A DNA stretch of 63,383 bases, filler included, from Olpidium bornovanus S191 (lineage: Eukaryota; Fungi; Olpidiomycota), in assembly GCA_017911155.1 (NCBI GenBank). It is 26 parts of 26 records of this genome, joined end to end, with 100 filler letters (N's around TTAATTAATTAA, not from the genome) between each part and the next. Parts side by side here need not be neighbours in the genome. Positions count along the whole stretch, not along the records: positions 59,763 to 61,923 come from JAEFCI010008603.1; positions 62,024 to 63,383 come from JAEFCI010013094.1; 24 more parts are not named here. The stretch is one strand, 5' to 3'. Position 1 is the stretch's first letter. Each line of letters starts with the position of its first letter. The position numbers and the translations under genes were made by a program. This document shows positions 61,045 through 63,383 of this stretch, in pieces. Under the pieces are notes generated by a model. The model saw only the letters and a list, made by a program, of their open reading frames with translations, was not told where the DNA came from and searched no databases.

Positions 61045-61923
61045 ATGAGCTCGCAGCGGCGCAGGATCGAGACCGGTGTGTGGGTCCCCCTCAGCCTCCC
61101 TTCCCCCCCGCTTTTTTTCTTCTTGAAACGCACCTTCCCGATGAGCGCCCCGCGTAGCATGTTGTCCCCCGGTTCTGCCGCCGGCTGACGCTGCAGACGA
61201 ATTCTTCCCCTTCTACTTGCCCTCCGGATCGTAGACGTCATGAAGCTGTGAGTGGGCGGCGACGGACAGGACGGACGGTCGGCCGGAATGTGGCGTTCAA
61301 ACGACCGTGCGGCTGACGTTTTTCGCTGCGCACCCTCCGCTCCGCAGTCTAATGAGCGACTACGAGGTTACTCTGGTCAACGACAATATGCAGGAGGTAA
61401 TTGACGGACGCTCGGGTCCCTGCGAACGTCGAACCGCAGACTCGCGCTGCCCGCCGGCGCTCACCGAACCCCCCGCTTTTCCTCCGCAGTTTTACGTTCG
61501 GTTCCACGGACCAGAAGGAAGTGAGTGACCTGTGTTTTAGGAATATGCATTTCTATTTGGCTCGGATTCTTACCCGCGGTTTCCTACTGTGCTATGGCTT
61601 CGTCCGTTTCCTACTGTGCTCTGGCTGCGTCCCACCCCCTCAGCGCCGTTCCAGGGCGGCGTGTGGAAGATACACGTCGAGTTGCCAGACCAATATCCCT
61701 ACAAGAGTCCATCTATCGGCTTTATGAACAAGATTTTCCATCCCAACATTGACGAGCTGTAAATCTTCTCATCCGTCGCATTCGCGGGCGGCAAACCGCA
61801 ATCATGATAGATCAATGACCTTTTTACGCGGGCGCGGCTTTCTGCAGGAGCGGCTCCGTGTGCCTCGATGTGATCAACCAAACCTGGTCGCCGATGTTTG
61901 GTGCGTCGCAGGAGAAAAAAAAG
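61045..61923 (+). CDS. UBC8: Ubiquitin-conjugating enzyme E2 H/Ubc8 (3' truncated)
   Basis: Spliced [97 protein letters not shown]; 13-nt exon at 61235-61247. Confidence 0.97.
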
Positions 61924-62023
61924 NNNNNNNNNNNNNNNNNNNNNNNNNNNNNNNNNNNNNNNNNNNNTTAATTAATTAANNNNNNNNNNNNNNNNNNNNN
62001 NNNNNNNNNNNNNNNNNNNNNNN

Positions 62024-62071
<48 letters not shown>

Positions 62072-62610
62072 AAAATGAGACACGGGGAGTGCGGTGCTAA
62101 CGAAACAGAAACAACGCAGAAGAGAAACCAGGGCCAGCGGCAATTGCAAAAAAAAAAAAAAAAAAAAAAAAAGAAAGCAGCTTGTCAAAACGCAGAGCAG
62201 AGGTTGTTGAAAAGCAGAAAACTGGAAACGTCCGTCCGGTCGAAACGCCACCAAAATAAGGTGAAGTCTATCTTATCCACTGGTTTCGCGTCCCTGCCCC
62301 AATCGAATGCGTGGCGTTCACCAGGAAAAAAAAAAAAAAAAGGAAAACGGGCTGTCGCAGCTGGTCCCCGGGGCGGCCCCCACCCAGCTCGGCTCGTCGT
62401 GCTGGGAACTTCCGGAGAATCTATCGCCAACAAAAGCAGTCCATCACCCGTCGCCGCCCCGCCCGCCCGCCCGCCCCCGTTCGCCGCGCGCAACCCCGTT
62501 TCTGGGTCGCCCCGCCTTCCGCGCCTGCCGCACCTTTTCCGCCCCAGACGCGCAAGCGCTCGTTCACTCGCGCAACTCGCCCCACAACGCCACACAGCCC
62601 ACCGCGCCTT

Positions 62611-63368
62611 ATCATGTTCACGGTCTATCGCACAATGCCTGTCAGCCGCACCTGTGGTCCTCCGCTGACGAACCCAGCTGCTCGTTCTCGCGTGGCGGTC
62701 TTCGGTGTGGTGCAGCGCTGGGTGACTTCCTCGGCCACCATCGAGCAGCTGTTCCATGTGGCAAAGAAAACCCTCGCAGAGAGCGACAAGCTGTTGTCAG
62801 CGGCGCTGAAGCTGATGCAACTCCAGCAAGAAAAGACGGAGCTCAAACAGGTTCTGATTGACGAAAAAATCAATCAGGCGGAGCTCAAGTTCGACAAGGT
62901 TCTGAGCGACGAAAAGCTCAAACAGGTGGAGCTCAAGTTCGACAAGGAACAGGCGGAGCTCAAGTTCGACAAGGCTCTGAGCGACGAAAAGTTCAAGCAC
63001 GTGCAACTGGAGCACAAGCTGGAGAGGGAGCTGGAGAGGGAGCGTTTCCTTCGGTAAAGGATGCAGAGGGCCTCGGTCGACTTGGAGGCCGCGTGATAAT
63101 CGGTACGTATGGTTGCACACTGAGGCTGCTAATAGCTAGTGAACCTAAGCCCTCTTGTTCTTTGATTCTACAGAAGAAGTCGAAGCGACATCAAATGTCC
63201 AGTCTTCGAGCCGGAAGGCGAAGTGGACGGGGCTTTTGCAAAACAACAAAGCTTCTGTTTGCAAAGTTGAAGGCCTGCTACAAATGCGCGGAAGATTGTG
63301 ACGTTGAAAATCTCGATGAGGTTGCCGTTGCCACCGACGTGGAGCGTTTGTTCAAGGAAATTCAGTAA
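62611..63368 (+). pseudogene. Coiled-coil protein with internal QAELKFDK repeats; apparent frameshifts near 63050 and 63255
   Basis: ORF to 63057 has three copies of CAGG(C/T)GGAGCTCAAGTTCGACAAG. Coding-like sequence continues in other frames: SVKDAEGLGRLGGRVII|EEVEATSNVQSSSRKAKWTGLLQNNK, then LLFAKLKACYKC...LFKEIQ*. Confidence 0.4.
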
Positions 63369-63383
63369 ATATCCAAACCATGC

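Overview
This window is not one continuous locus. It is 26 short contigs (about 1.0-6.9 kb) joined by identical 100-bp artificial linkers (44 N + TTAATTAATTAA + 44 N), so neighbours across a linker cannot be assumed to be linked. The DNA is GC-rich, intron-rich eukaryotic sequence with long homopolymer and microsatellite tracts. Fungal-type genes (TED1, two Sct1/Gpt2-like acyltransferases, a Boi/Pob1-like PH protein, SPT7, UBC8, VPS33, VPS45, a DUF4604-like protein) occur together with a TTC6-like TPR gene, a family associated with ciliated lineages. That mix points to a zoosporic, early-diverging fungus (Olpidium- or chytrid-like; this is inference). Most genes had to be rebuilt across introns by hand and many are cut by contig ends. 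No rRNA, tRNA, CRISPR or prokaryotic operon was recognised. The most interesting signals are mobile DNA: (i) two short-LTR retroelements primed from the tRNA-iMet anticodon half (GGTTATGAGCCC) with the gag start codon inside the primer-binding site, one carrying a Ty3-looking capsid and one nested in a copia integrase; (ii) a 726-bp foldback element with about 200-bp inverted repeats, inserted without a visible target duplication into a dispersed repeat whose empty-site paralog is in the same window; (iii) a plant-like copia gag relic and a pogo-like MITE. Other points of note are a 6-nt microexon next to an acyltransferase catalytic motif, a possible DUF4604-SAP30BP splice fusion, divergent multi-Myb ORFs, and a strong excess of CATG at contig ends. 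I found no confidently novel multi-gene system.
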